A stretch of 64,000 nt of DNA from Alistipes sp. (GTDB lineage Bacteria; Bacteroidota; Bacteroidia; Bacteroidales; Rikenellaceae), in assembly GCA_045588005.1 (NCBI GenBank), contig JAZNDK010000015.1, positions 7,137 to 71,136 on the forward strand. Reading direction: 5' to 3'. Of this stretch, positions 39,840 through 49,924 are shown piece by piece. Below the pieces are notes generated by a model, which saw only the letters and a program-made list of their open reading frames with translations, had not been told where the DNA came from and did no database searches. The position numbers and the translations under genes are program-made. The first letter of the stretch is position 1, and each line of letters begins with the position of its first letter.

Positions 39840-40490
39840 TTAAAACTTAACGCCGGCCTCGATGAAGAAGGCGTTGTTACCCGCACTAAACATAAGCTCA
39901 TCGGCAGCATTTATCCACTTCAAGCTCTGCGATGCCAAGCCGAGGCCGATATTTAGCTTACCGATAGTAACACCTGCGCCGAACTTACAATAGAGCCCTC
40001 CGTTGAGTTTGCCATACCCCTCTTGGCTGAAATTCGAGGTGGCGATAAATGCGTGGCCGAGGCTCAGGGTGATATATGGCGCAACGAGGCGGCTAACGGG
40101 GTAGTAGCCCTTGACATTGACATAGAGCGGTATGCCGAGAGCTCCCCATTTGTCGGGCGAGCCGACATCTAAGTGATGGATAAGGTTACACTCGCCATAG
40201 GCATACTGCACGCCGGTACCAATACCGGCAAAGAGGTATGGGTTGAAGCGAGCACCATAGACTATGTCGAGCGTCGGGCGCGACAGATTGGTGGCGACAT
40301 TGCCAAATAGCTTAGTTTTTAGATTACCTCCTGTGATGAAACCTGCGCTCACCTCCACCTGATGTCGTATCTGCGATGTAGACTTTGAGCGTCCGCGCAG
40401 CTCCTCGTCGTAGCTCCCTGCGGGTGTTGAGGCGATGGCTGGCAGCCCTATTAGCAGTGCTGCGAAAGCAGCAAAAAGACTCTTTTTCAT
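39840..40490 (-). CDS. Small outer-membrane beta-barrel protein
   Basis: Signal peptide; YGARFNPYLFAG.G.G, IPLY.N.KGY; terminal Phe. Confidence 0.8.
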   Translation of the reverse strand: MKKSLFAAFAALLIGLPAIASTPAGSYDEELRGRSKSTSQIRHQVEVSAGFITGGNLKTKLFGNVATNLSRPTLDIVYGARFNPYLFAGIGTGVQYAYGECNLIHHLDVGSPDKWGALGIPLYVNVKGYYPVSRLVAPYITLSLGHAFIATSNFSQEGYGKLNGGLYCKFGAGVTIGKLNIGLGLASQSLKWINAADELMFSAGNNAFFIEAGVKF

Positions 40491-40628
40491 ATATCCTTAA
40501 ACTCTAATACGTTAGTTGCTGGGTGTAAAGATATACAAAAAAATCGAAAAACGTGGTGGGTAGCGATATAATCTCTCTTCGCTTGTGTCGAAGATGGCCT
40601 CAATCTTTTCCCCCCCCTCTCTCGTGCT

Positions 40629-42068
40629 CTATATCTGTTTACGCATACGCGCTACGGGGATATCGAGCATCTCGCGATACTTAGCCACCGTACGTCGTGC
40701 AATACGGTAGCCCTTCTCGTAGAGAATATCCATAAGGTTCTCATCGGTAAGGGGGCGACGCTTATCCTCGGAGTCGATGCAGTCCTGCAAAATCTTCTTT
40801 ATCTCGTGACTCGACACCTCCTCGCCCGTCGAGGTCTGCATACCCTCGGAGAAGAGCGATTTTAGGAGTATTATGCCAAACGATGTTTGGATATATTTGC
40901 TATTAACGACACGCGAGATTGTCGATACATCTAACCCCGTACGGTCAGCTATATCCTTGAGAATCATCGGGCGCAGCTTACTCTTATCGCCATCGACGAA
41001 GTAGTCGCGCTGAAAATCGAGTATGGTCTGCATGGTGCGCATCAGCGTATCGTGACGCTGCTTGATAGCCGATATAAACCACTTAGCCGACTCTATCTTG
41101 CTCTTAACAAACTGCAACGCCTCCCTATCCTTGGCCTTCACCGTACCGTCGGGGGCAACCATGTCGCGCATCATATCGCGATAGCGGCGCGAGATACGCA
41201 CCTCGGGGATACCCTGAGCATTGAGCGATAGACGCATATCGCCATCTGTCGTGTCGAGCAAGAAGTCGGGAACGATGTACGGTGCGGTATCAATACCCCC
41301 ATCCGTATAGAGGTTTCCGGGCTTGGGCGATAGGCTGCGGATGTACTCTATCGCCTCGCGAAACTCATCCTCCGAGCAGCCAAGACGCGCTATGAGTCTC
41401 TCGTAATGCTTCTTGGCAAAGGCCTCGAAGTGCGAATTGACAATCTTCGCCGAGAGTCGTTTTGTTGGCGTATCGAGCCTCTGACGTTGTAGTTGTAGCT
41501 GCAAACACTCCTGCAAGGTTCGAGCTCCTATGCCCGCAGGTTCGAGCTCCTGAACAAGAGCGAGGATACGCTCTATCTCCTCGACCGAAACCTCCATGCC
41601 ACGCGTAAAGGCCAAGTCGTCGGATAGCGACACAAGGTCGCGACGGAGGTAGCCATCATCGTCGATGCTGCCAACGATATAGGCCGCAACGACCATCTCC
41701 TCGTTGCTAAGCTGTCGGAAACGGAGCTGCTCGACGAGCGACTCGCCGAGCGAACGACCCTCGGTGATATATACAGGTCGTTGCTTATCGTCTTTCGAGA
41801 AGTTGTTTATACGAGCCTTATACGAGGGCGCATCATCCTCCTTGCCAATATACTCCTCGACCGAAATCTTCTCGGGGAGCTCTGTGCCATCGCCCGCCTC
41901 TTCGCTCTTAGCATCGGTATCCTCCTCCAAGACGATGTTATCCTCAATCTCACGCTTGATACGCTCCTCCAACTGCATCGTGGGCAGCTCCAAGAGCTTT
42001 ATCATCTGTATCTGCTGCGGCGAGATTTTGGTCTGCAACGCAATGGTCTGTTGTAGGCGATGTGTCAT
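40629..42068 (-). CDS. rpoN: RNA polymerase sigma-54 factor
   Basis: Q/L-rich region I, DDDGYL, P.GIGAR.L.ECL, STISR, RpoN box ARRTVAKYRE. Confidence 0.97.
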   Translation of the reverse strand: MTHRLQQTIALQTKISPQQIQMIKLLELPTMQLEERIKREIEDNIVLEEDTDAKSEEAGDGTELPEKISVEEYIGKEDDAPSYKARINNFSKDDKQRPVYITEGRSLGESLVEQLRFRQLSNEEMVVAAYIVGSIDDDGYLRRDLVSLSDDLAFTRGMEVSVEEIERILALVQELEPAGIGARTLQECLQLQLQRQRLDTPTKRLSAKIVNSHFEAFAKKHYERLIARLGCSEDEFREAIEYIRSLSPKPGNLYTDGGIDTAPYIVPDFLLDTTDGDMRLSLNAQGIPEVRISRRYRDMMRDMVAPDGTVKAKDREALQFVKSKIESAKWFISAIKQRHDTLMRTMQTILDFQRDYFVDGDKSKLRPMILKDIADRTGLDVSTISRVVNSKYIQTSFGIILLKSLFSEGMQTSTGEEVSSHEIKKILQDCIDSEDKRRPLTDENLMDILYEKGYRIARRTVAKYREMLDIPVARMRKQI

Positions 42069-42082
42069 ATGCTTAACATATT

Positions 42083-42119
42083 AAAAAAACGAACAGTCGG
42101 CCATGGGCCGGCCGTTCGT
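42083..42119 (-). terminator. Terminator between asnS and rpoN
   Basis: Minus strand ACGAACGGCCGGCC-CAT-GGCCGACTGTTCGT followed by a T run. Confidence 0.65.
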
Positions 42120-42142
42120 ATGGCAAGTGGCAACTCCGAGCG

Positions 42143-43531
42143 TTAGAACTCGGCGTTCTTGGGAGTACGCGGGAAGGGTATCACATCACGGATATTACCC
42201 ATACCTGTCACGAAGAGCAGCAGACGCTCAAAGCCCAGACCGAAGCCCGAGTGAGGTGCTGAGCCCCAACGACGAGTATCCAAGTACCACCATAGCTCAC
42301 GACGGCTCATGCCTAACTCATCAACCCTTGCACAAAGCTTGCCAAAGTCGGCCTCGCGCTCCGAACCACCGATAATTTCGCCGATTTGGGGGAACAAAAC
42401 ATCCATTGCACGCACTGTCTTACCGTCGTCGTTGAGCTTCATATAGAAGGCCTTAATCTCCTTGGGATAGTTGATAAGGATTACAGGGCGTTTGAAGTGC
42501 TCCTCAACGAGATAACGCTCGTGCTCCGACTGAAGGTCGCAACCCCAATCGCAGGGGAACTCGAACTTCTTGCCCGAAGCCTTCAAAATCTCGATACCCT
42601 CGGTGTAGTCCAAGCGCACAAAGTCGTTGTCCAGCACAAACTGCAAACGCTCCAAAAGGCCCTTATCCCACATCTTGTTCATAAACTCGAGATCCTCGCG
42701 GCAGTTCTCCAAGGCGTAGCGGATAAGATATTTGAGGAAGTCCTCGGCCAAATCCATATCGTCTTGCAACTCATAGAACGCCATCTCGGGCTCTATCATC
42801 CAGAACTCGGCCAAGTGGCGGGGAGTATTTGAGTTCTCGGCACGGAAGGTAGGGCCAAAGGTGTAGATCTGACCCAAAGCCAATGCTCCGAGCTCACCCT
42901 CGAGCTGACCCGACACAGTGAGGCTGCAAGGCTTGCCAAAGAAGTCCTGAGAGTAATCTACCTTACCATCCTCGGTGCGGGGAGGATTCTCCATATCGAG
43001 AGTCGATACGTTGAACATTGCGCCGGCACCCTCGCAATCCGAAGCTGTGATAAGCGGAGTGTGAAGATAGTAGAAACCCCTATCATTGAAGTACTTATGA
43101 ATTGCATAGGCCATAGCATGACGAATACGCAACACTGCGCCAAAAGTATTGGTGCGGGGGCGTAGATAGGCAATATCGCGCAAGAACTCCAACGAGTGAC
43201 CCTTCTTCTGCAAGGGGTAGGTCTCGGGATCGGCCGTGCCATATACCTCGATACGCGAAGCCTGAACCTCGACACCCTGACCTGCGCCAAGCGACTGAAC
43301 AAGCTTACCATCCACACGCAGACAAGCACCCGTAGTCACGCTTTTAAGCTCCGACTCGTCGATCTGCTGCAAATCGACAACAATCTGAATATTAGCTACG
43401 CACGAGCCGTCGTTAAGCGCAATGAAAGCTACATTCTTGTTGCCGCGCTTTGTACGCACCCAGCCCTTAACCGTAACCTCTCTGCCGTCGCCCTCCATAC
43501 GGAGCATCTCGGCAATTCTAATAAGTTTCAT
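42143..43531 (-). CDS. asnS: Asparaginyl-tRNA synthetase
   Basis: [44 protein letters not shown]; start reassigned to MKLIRI; -7 box at 43620-43627. Confidence 0.97.
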   Translation of the reverse strand: MKLIRIAEMLRMEGDGREVTVKGWVRTKRGNKNVAFIALNDGSCVANIQIVVDLQQIDESELKSVTTGACLRVDGKLVQSLGAGQGVEVQASRIEVYGTADPETYPLQKKGHSLEFLRDIAYLRPRTNTFGAVLRIRHAMAYAIHKYFNDRGFYYLHTPLITASDCEGAGAMFNVSTLDMENPPRTEDGKVDYSQDFFGKPCSLTVSGQLEGELGALALGQIYTFGPTFRAENSNTPRHLAEFWMIEPEMAFYELQDDMDLAEDFLKYLIRYALENCREDLEFMNKMWDKGLLERLQFVLDNDFVRLDYTEGIEILKASGKKFEFPCDWGCDLQSEHERYLVEEHFKRPVILINYPKEIKAFYMKLNDDGKTVRAMDVLFPQIGEIIGGSEREADFGKLCARVDELGMSRRELWWYLDTRRWGSAPHSGFGLGFERLLLFVTGMGNIRDVIPFPRTPKNAEF

Positions 43532-43698
43532 ACCTCTAAATATTTTATTATCTTGTCTCTCTTTTGTATCTCTTTTGCTCAAAGCTATACCCCGCGTTTA
43601 TAGCAGGGATATAATCATGCAAAATTACTAAATTTTTTACAAACGATTGCACATCCTACACTTTTTTATATCTTTGTCTGAAATATTGCACCAAAACC

Positions 43699-45030
43699 AT
43701 GCAGCGACTTACCATTTGTGGGGCATTTATGCTCCTTTTAGCAACTCTGACAATAGGCGAGGCAGCGGCTCAGGCACGTATCGCCCGCACCGAATTTATA
43801 TGTTACGATAAGCGTGAAGATGCTCGCCACGATATTCGCACCGGCATCGATAAGCATATTGCCTTGCACCCCGAGTTACAATTCGAGAACACGGAGGGTG
43901 TCCTACGCCGAGTCTATGAGCAGACTATCGACGTGCCCGCAGCATGGAACGACTACAACGCCTACATGCACACCGAGAATGTCGGCGCAGACTACACCAT
44001 CTTTATCAACGGCCGACAGATTTGCAGCCCCATAGATAGCTTCACACCCACCGAGCTATACATCTCGCCTTACCTCACTCAGGGCGAGAATATCGTAGCT
44101 ATCGCCACGGTCGAAGAGCCATACATGTCACATCTCGACGAGGGATTAAAGGTGGTAGAGAGGGCCCAGTTTACAAATTGCTACATCTTCGCACAGCGTC
44201 GCCTCGGGGTCTATGACTTCCATGTACGCATGCTCCCCGACTCGCTCGACCGCTTTGCCGAGCTACGCTTAGATGTGGTGGCCGACAACTCCTTCTCCAC
44301 CGAAGAGCGTATCGCAGTTGGATACGACATCTACGCCCCCGATGGCAAGCTTATGGAGTATAGCGTCAATGAGTTAGCCATGAGGGGCTACTCGCGCGAC
44401 ACGCTGAGCTTCCATCCCTATATCTACCACTCAAACCCAAATCGATGGTCGGCCGAAAACCCCAAGCTCTACGAGCTGATGCTCTATGTCAAGCGTAGCG
44501 GCATACTCTGGGAGTATATACCCCTCAAAGTGGGTTTTGCCGAGTATGGTTACACCTCTTCGGGCGATATCACCCTCTTTGGCTCGCCTCTGAAACTCAA
44601 TAAGCGGGTATATAACGCCGCCGCGGATAGAGCTACAACCGAAAAGGAGCTACTCGCCATAAAGCGCGAGGGGATAAACACCCTATGCCCCGAATACCCG
44701 CAGCCACGATGGTTTTACGAGCTCTGCGACACAATAGGGCTATATGTCATCGATTGCGCAGCAATATCATCGCCCTCGACAGGCGATGACCGCAGCATGG
44801 GAGGAACACCGGCCAATGCTCCGGAGCTCGAAAGAGAGTATCTGCAACGCGTTGAGGCGATGTACCATCGCTCACACAACCACGTCTGCATCATAGCCTT
44901 CTCCCTTGGGAACGCCTCGTCGGGCAATGGCTACAATATGTATAAGGCCTACGAGCTACTGAAATCGAAGGGCGACAGCCGCCCAATAATCTACGAAGGG
45001 GCTGACGGCGAGTGGAATAGCGACCTATAA
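43699..45030 (+). CDS. Exported GH2 (beta-galactosidase)-like protein, truncated and apparently non-catalytic
   Basis: Signal peptide; WSAENPKLY, KVGF, FYELCD..GLYVID, NH..IIAFSLGNA, SRPIIYE; ends mid TIM barrel. Confidence 0.75.
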   Translation: MQRLTICGAFMLLLATLTIGEAAAQARIARTEFICYDKREDARHDIRTGIDKHIALHPELQFENTEGVLRRVYEQTIDVPAAWNDYNAYMHTENVGADYTIFINGRQICSPIDSFTPTELYISPYLTQGENIVAIATVEEPYMSHLDEGLKVVERAQFTNCYIFAQRRLGVYDFHVRMLPDSLDRFAELRLDVVADNSFSTEERIAVGYDIYAPDGKLMEYSVNELAMRGYSRDTLSFHPYIYHSNPNRWSAENPKLYELMLYVKRSGILWEYIPLKVGFAEYGYTSSGDITLFGSPLKLNKRVYNAAADRATTEKELLAIKREGINTLCPEYPQPRWFYELCDTIGLYVIDCAAISSPSTGDDRSMGGTPANAPELEREYLQRVEAMYHRSHNHVCIIAFSLGNASSGNGYNMYKAYELLKSKGDSRPIIYEGADGEWNSDL

Positions 45031-45040
45031 TAGTTGGAGT

Positions 45041-45514
45041 ATGAATATAGAGCTGATAGTTGTCGGCAAGACCGACATGAAGGAGGTGGAGGCCTTGGTC
45101 GCAATGTATAGCAAGAGGCTCAACCACTATGTTCGCTTTGCTATCACTACGATTGCCGATGTGCGCAACACACGCAAGCTCTCCGAGGCCGAGCAGAAGA
45201 GGTTGGAGGGCGAGGCGATACTGCGCCTGATAAACGAGAGCGACCATCTGATGCTCCTCGACGAGCACGGCCTTGAACTACGCTCTGTGGAGTTTGCCCA
45301 ACATCTGCAAAATCGAATGTCGGCAGGCACAAAACGCCTTGTCTTTGTTATCGGTGGCCCATACGGTTTCTCCGATGCGGTCTATCAGCGTGCCAACAGC
45401 AAGCTCTCGCTATCGCGCATGACCTTCTCACACCAGATTGTTCGCGCCATATTTACCGAGCAGCTCTACCGTGCCTTCACCATTCTACGCAACGAACCCT
45501 ACCACCACGAGTAG
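45041..45514 (+). CDS. rlmH: 23S rRNA pseudouridine-1915 N3-methyltransferase
   Basis: LLDE.G, FVIGGPYG, SLS.MTFSHQ..R....EQLYRA. Confidence 0.97.
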   Translation: MNIELIVVGKTDMKEVEALVAMYSKRLNHYVRFAITTIADVRNTRKLSEAEQKRLEGEAILRLINESDHLMLLDEHGLELRSVEFAQHLQNRMSAGTKRLVFVIGGPYGFSDAVYQRANSKLSLSRMTFSHQIVRAIFTEQLYRAFTILRNEPYHHE

Positions 45515-45566
45515 TTTGGGTGATAGGGTTCTAAATCGTGCGGCATCGAGGCCGTAGCCAATAATC

Positions 45567-46130
45567 TTATTTGCCGTTATACGAATTCATTGTTCGGTCC
45601 GCCCCAATAGATGCGAAGGCAAGAATCGCGTCGCCAAAGAGTTTTAGGCGGTCGGGCATCTGTTTGCGCTCGTCGTCGGAGAAGTCGCCGAGCACATAAT
45701 CCACCTGATGACCACGAGGGAAGTCACCGCCTACACCAAAGCGGATGCGGGCATACTGATTGTCACCCAGCAGCTCTGTAATGCTTTTCAGACCATTGTG
45801 GCCTCCCTCACTACCACTCTTTCGCATGCGGAACGTGCCGAACGGCAGAGCAATATCATCCGAAATGATAAGTAGGTTCTCACGCGGTACGCGCTCCTGC
45901 TCCATCCAATACCTTACGGCCTTACCCGAGAGGTTCATATATGTCGATGGTTTGAGCAACAGCAGCGTGCGACCACGGTGTTTGAGCGTAGCCATAGCTC
46001 CGTAACGCACCGTAGTAAAAGAGATATTGGATGCCTCGGCTAAGGCATCCAATACTCTGAATCCTATGTTGTGGCGGGTGTCGGCATACTCAGCACCGAT
46101 ATTTCCCAACCCTACAACAAGATACTTCAT
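45567..46130 (-). CDS. pth: Peptidyl-tRNA hydrolase
   Basis: VGLGN.G.EY..TRHNIGF, KP.TYMNLSG, GGHNGLKSI. Confidence 0.97.
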   Translation of the reverse strand: MKYLVVGLGNIGAEYADTRHNIGFRVLDALAEASNISFTTVRYGAMATLKHRGRTLLLLKPSTYMNLSGKAVRYWMEQERVPRENLLIISDDIALPFGTFRMRKSGSEGGHNGLKSITELLGDNQYARIRFGVGGDFPRGHQVDYVLGDFSDDERKQMPDRLKLFGDAILAFASIGADRTMNSYNGK

Positions 46131-46166
46131 TGATAGTCGTAAAGTTAGTCCTCTAAGACCCTACCA

Positions 46167-46727
46167 CTACTGAGCAGCACGCGAAGCACGTGTTACACGA
46201 ACAGCGCAGACAGCAGTAGTTGCGGGAGTTACGAATGTGAGGTTCTCCATCTTAAGGTCGCCTACGAAGATAGTCTGGCCAACCTGCAAGGGGGTAACAT
46301 CAACAACGATCTCATCGGGAATATACTCAACAAGAGCCTTAACAGTGAGCTTACGAGCCGACAAAGCAAGCTTACCACCGATCTTAACACCCTCAGCGTT
46401 ACCTGTAAGGCGAACGGGAACATTAACTGCAACGGGCTTACCCTCCTGAACACGGTAGAAATCTACGTGAAGAACCTGCTCACGAACGGGGTGATACTGA
46501 ACCTCGCGCATAACAGCCTTCTCGATAACACCGTCGATGTTGAGCTCTACGATGTATGAGTTGGGAGTGTAGATAAGCTGCTTGAGCTCCTTAGCATCGA
46601 TAGTGAATGCCTTCTCCTCGCCACCACCGTAAACAATGCAGGGTACCTGACCCTCGCGACGTGCAGCCTTTGCAAACTTCTTACCGAACTCTGCACGAGC
46701 TGTACCATTGATCTGAATTGACTTCAT
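46167..46727 (-). CDS. rplY: 50S ribosomal protein L25/general stress protein Ctc
   Basis: R...GK......RR.G.VP...YG, QYHPV....LHVDF, GVK.GG. Confidence 0.96.
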   Translation of the reverse strand: MKSIQINGTARAEFGKKFAKAARREGQVPCIVYGGGEEKAFTIDAKELKQLIYTPNSYIVELNIDGVIEKAVMREVQYHPVREQVLHVDFYRVQEGKPVAVNVPVRLTGNAEGVKIGGKLALSARKLTVKALVEYIPDEIVVDVTPLQVGQTIFVGDLKMENLTFVTPATTAVCAVRVTRASRAAQ

Positions 46728-46756
46728 AATGTTTTAATTTTTAATAATTTAACTTC

Positions 46757-46800
46757 GATACCACTCAGTTGCATCAGTCAGTTGCAACCCCATAAGTATC
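46757..46800 (-). promoter_or_regulatory. rplY leader hairpin, candidate L25 autoregulatory site
   Basis: GAUAC-UUAUGGG-GUUGCA-loop-UGCAAC-UGAGUG-GUAUC between -7 box (46813-46820) and ATG. Confidence 0.55.
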
Positions 46801-47002
46801 TGCTTTGGACTGCAAAGGTAGTAAAAATCTGCAAATTACAACCCGTAGCCTAAAATTTTTTCGGCAAAAAAAGGTTGCTAACAGGAGTGTCGTGGCGCGT
46901 CGCGAAGTGAATAAATGAAAGTTTTTGCATAAAAAGTTACAAGTTTAGCATAAAATTTATAACTTTGTAGTGATTATAATAACACATCTAAAATCCGAGG
47001 CT

Positions 47003-48505
47003 ATGAAAGAGGAGTTAGCACTAAATCCCAATAAAGTTGTCGCCTATTTAGGTAAGCCCAACAAAGAGTTTACAAAGGCAGATATAGTACGATACATCAC
47101 CGAGAATGGTATCCGCATGGTAAACTTTATGTACCCTGCGGGCGATGGTCGTCTTAAAACCCTCAACTTCGTAATCAACAATGCGGCATATCTCGACGCA
47201 ATACTCACCTGCGGCGAGAGAGTCGATGGTTCGAGCCTCTTCCCCTTTATCGAGGCAGGTAGTAGCGACCTCTATGTCGTACCGCGTTTTGCAACGGCCT
47301 TCTTAGACCCCTTTGCCGAGATTCCCAGCCTCTCGCTGCTCTGCTCATTCTTCAACAAGGATGGCGAGCCCTTAGCGAGCTCTCCGCGCTACACCCTACT
47401 CAAAGCGTGCGAGTGCTTCCGCGAGGTTACGGGCATGGAGTTCGAGGCTATGGGCGAGTTGGAGTACTACGTCATAGCCCCCGATACAGGCATGTTCCCC
47501 GCAACAGATCAGAAGGGCTACCACGAGTCTGCCCCCTTTGCCAAGTTCAACGACTTCCGCACCGAGTGTATGGCATATATCGCACAGGCTGGCGGCGAGA
47601 TTAAGTATGGTCACTCGGAAGTGGGCAACTTTACACTCGACGAGCTTGTCTATGAGCAGAACGAGATCGAGTTCCTGCCCACAGCCGCCTTGGATGCAGC
47701 CGACCAGCTCATGGTTGCCAAGTGGATCATCCGCAACCTCGCCTATAAGTATGGCTACGAGGTCACCTTCGCACCTAAGATTACCGCAGGCAAGGCCGGC
47801 TCTGGCCTCCATATCCATATGCGCATAATGAAGGATGGCAAGAATATGATGCTCGACGGCGGTCGCCTATCGGAGGTTGCCCGCAAGGCTATCGCCGGCA
47901 TGATGGAGCTTGCCCCCTCAATTACCGCCTTTGGCAATACCAACCCCACTTCGTACTTCCGTCTTGTACCGCAACAGGAGGCTCCGACAAATGTATGCTG
48001 GGGCGACCGCAACCGCTCGGTATTGGTTCGTGTGCCGCTGGGCTGGACAGCCAAGAGCGATATGTCGCGCATCGCTAACCCCTTAGAGTCTGAGAGCCAC
48101 TACGACACCTCGAAGAAACAGACCGTGGAGATGCGCTCGCCGGATGGCTCGGCAGATATATATCAGCTTATCGCAGGCTTGGCTGTAGCATGCCGCTACG
48201 GCTTCGAGTTGGATAATGCTTTGGAGATTGCTGAGCGCACCTATGTAAATGTAAATATACATAAGGCCGAGAACGCAGCTAAATTGGAGCAGCTGGCTCA
48301 GCTCCCCGACAGCTGTGCAGCGTCGGCCGACGCCTTGGAGCGACAGCGCGAGTTCTTCGAGCGTCACGGTGTATTCAGTGCCGCAATGATCGATGGCGTG
48401 CTCAAGAGCCTACGCTCGTACAACGACCGCACGTTGCGCCAAGAGCTCGAAGGCAAACCCGAGGAGATGCTTAACATGGTACACCGCTACTTTAACTGCG
48501 GTTAG
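47003..48505 (+). CDS. glnA: Glutamine synthetase family protein (type I-like)
   Basis: DGSS, GELEYY, HSEVG, EQNEIEF, TFAPK, GSGLH.H, RLVP..EAP, NRS.LVR.P, E.RSPD; -7 box at 46960-46967. Confidence 0.9.
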   Translation: MKEELALNPNKVVAYLGKPNKEFTKADIVRYITENGIRMVNFMYPAGDGRLKTLNFVINNAAYLDAILTCGERVDGSSLFPFIEAGSSDLYVVPRFATAFLDPFAEIPSLSLLCSFFNKDGEPLASSPRYTLLKACECFREVTGMEFEAMGELEYYVIAPDTGMFPATDQKGYHESAPFAKFNDFRTECMAYIAQAGGEIKYGHSEVGNFTLDELVYEQNEIEFLPTAALDAADQLMVAKWIIRNLAYKYGYEVTFAPKITAGKAGSGLHIHMRIMKDGKNMMLDGGRLSEVARKAIAGMMELAPSITAFGNTNPTSYFRLVPQQEAPTNVCWGDRNRSVLVRVPLGWTAKSDMSRIANPLESESHYDTSKKQTVEMRSPDGSADIYQLIAGLAVACRYGFELDNALEIAERTYVNVNIHKAENAAKLEQLAQLPDSCAASADALERQREFFERHGVFSAAMIDGVLKSLRSYNDRTLRQELEGKPEEMLNMVHRYFNCG

Positions 48506-48521
48506 TTACGTTGCTCGGATA

Positions 48522-48575
48522 TATAAAACATATAGTGGGACTCTCTCTTCTAAGAGTCCCACTATATGTTTTATA
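48522..48575. terminator. Bidirectional terminator with a perfect 23-bp stem
   Basis: TATAAAACATATAGTGGGACTCT / AGAGTCCCACTATATGTTTTATA between convergent genes. Confidence 0.85.
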
Positions 48576-48582
48576 AGTGCTC

Positions 48583-48957
48583 TTAAAGGTCTATCTTCCA
48601 GAGCCCATGCAGGTTGCAATACTCATAGACAGCTACGGGCTTCGCCTCGCCGAGATATACCACCGCCTCGGGCTTATCTTTAAGGTCGATGCGGATGCCA
48701 CCATCCTCGGTCTCGACATAGATGAAGGCTATGTGGTGCTCCTCTGTCATGGGGTGAGCCACGCTACCCACCTCAACTTTAATATGGTTATCGTCGATGC
48801 GCGTAACCACGGGAACATGCTTCTCGGTAGCTGCATCCACCGTATTGGGTGTAAGCTCCTCCATAGGCTTGCCACAACATACCACCGGAACTCGCGAATC
48901 TACTAACTTGATAATCACATTGCCACAAGTGTTACACTTGAAAAATTTCGTTGCCAT
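48583..48957 (-). CDS. Desulfoferrodoxin / superoxide reductase
   Basis: C..CGN...CCG, EKHVP, HPM..EHHI, YCNLHGLW; -7 box at 49009-49016. Confidence 0.95.
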   Translation of the reverse strand: MATKFFKCNTCGNVIIKLVDSRVPVVCCGKPMEELTPNTVDAATEKHVPVVTRIDDNHIKVEVGSVAHPMTEEHHIAFIYVETEDGGIRIDLKDKPEAVVYLGEAKPVAVYEYCNLHGLWKIDL

Positions 48958-49140
48958 AATATCTTAGTCTTTATTGGTTACTCTTAATTTTGTTTTCTGT
49001 TTCTGGTGCAAATATAGTGCAAAGAATTTATCTTGTCAAATTCTTTGTTTTTATAGCGGTATAGATAACGCTTATACAATTCGATGATGTGATATATCGA
49101 AATAATTTACTATATTTGTGTTGTTATCATCTATTTTGTT

Positions 49141-49608
49141 ATGGCCGAAGAGTTATTGATATCGAAAGGGGATAAGATTTCGAAGTACGAGCTGCTATAC
49201 AAGCAGGCCGAGGCTATGCTCTCGGAGGAGAGCGACGCTATTGCCGCCATGGCCAATATGGCGGCTATGATACATCTGACGTTTGGTTTCTGGTGGACAG
49301 GCTTTTATCGTGTCTGCGGCGAGGAGTTGGTCTTAGGTCCATTTCAGGGGCCTGTGGCGTGTAGTCGTATCGGCTATGGGAGAGGTGTGTGCGGCACGGC
49401 GTGGCGTGAGGAGCGCAGTGTTGTTGTCGAGGATGTGGATAAGTTTGCGGGGCATATCGCGTGCAGCAGCCTCTCGCGCAGCGAGATTGTCGTGCCTGTG
49501 TGGCGTGACGCGAGGGTCGTTGCCGTACTCGATATAGATAGCAGAGAGCTCGCCACCTTTGATGATTGCGACAGAGAGTGGCTCGAACGCCTTGTTGCGC
49601 TGCTATAG
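49141..49608 (+). CDS. msrC: GAF-domain free methionine-R-sulfoxide reductase (MsrC/YebR)
   Basis: W.GFY, LGPFQG..AC, G.GVCG, HIAC...SRSEIVVP, VLDIDS; -7 box at 49111-49118. Confidence 0.9.
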   Translation: MAEELLISKGDKISKYELLYKQAEAMLSEESDAIAAMANMAAMIHLTFGFWWTGFYRVCGEELVLGPFQGPVACSRIGYGRGVCGTAWREERSVVVEDVDKFAGHIACSSLSRSEIVVPVWRDARVVAVLDIDSRELATFDDCDREWLERLVALL

Positions 49609-49637
49609 CGATGTAACGATGACTATCACTATATGCA

Positions 49638-49924
49638 TGGATAGCCGCAAATAACCACTTTTCACAACACATAATTTTTGTCAAAAGGGGTTAGATGTGG
49701 GCTCAACATGAAATTGGTGCGGATGGGACATACTATATCTATTTCTCATTCGAACAAACGATTGGATAGCCGCAAATGACATCTTTTCACAACACATAAT
49801 TTTTGTCAAAAGGGGTTAGATGTGGGCTCAACATGAAATTGGTGCGGATGGGATATACTATATGTATTTCCCAATCGCACCAATGATTGAGAGACCGCAG
49901 ATGACCCCTTTTCACAAAAATTAT
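49638..49924 (+). repeat. Tandem array of long-hairpin elements (type C): partial, degenerate and intact copy
   Basis: 125-bp period (49671, 49796); intact copy 49796-49924 with terminal inverted repeat ATAATTTTTGT/ACAAAAATTAT. Confidence 0.88.
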
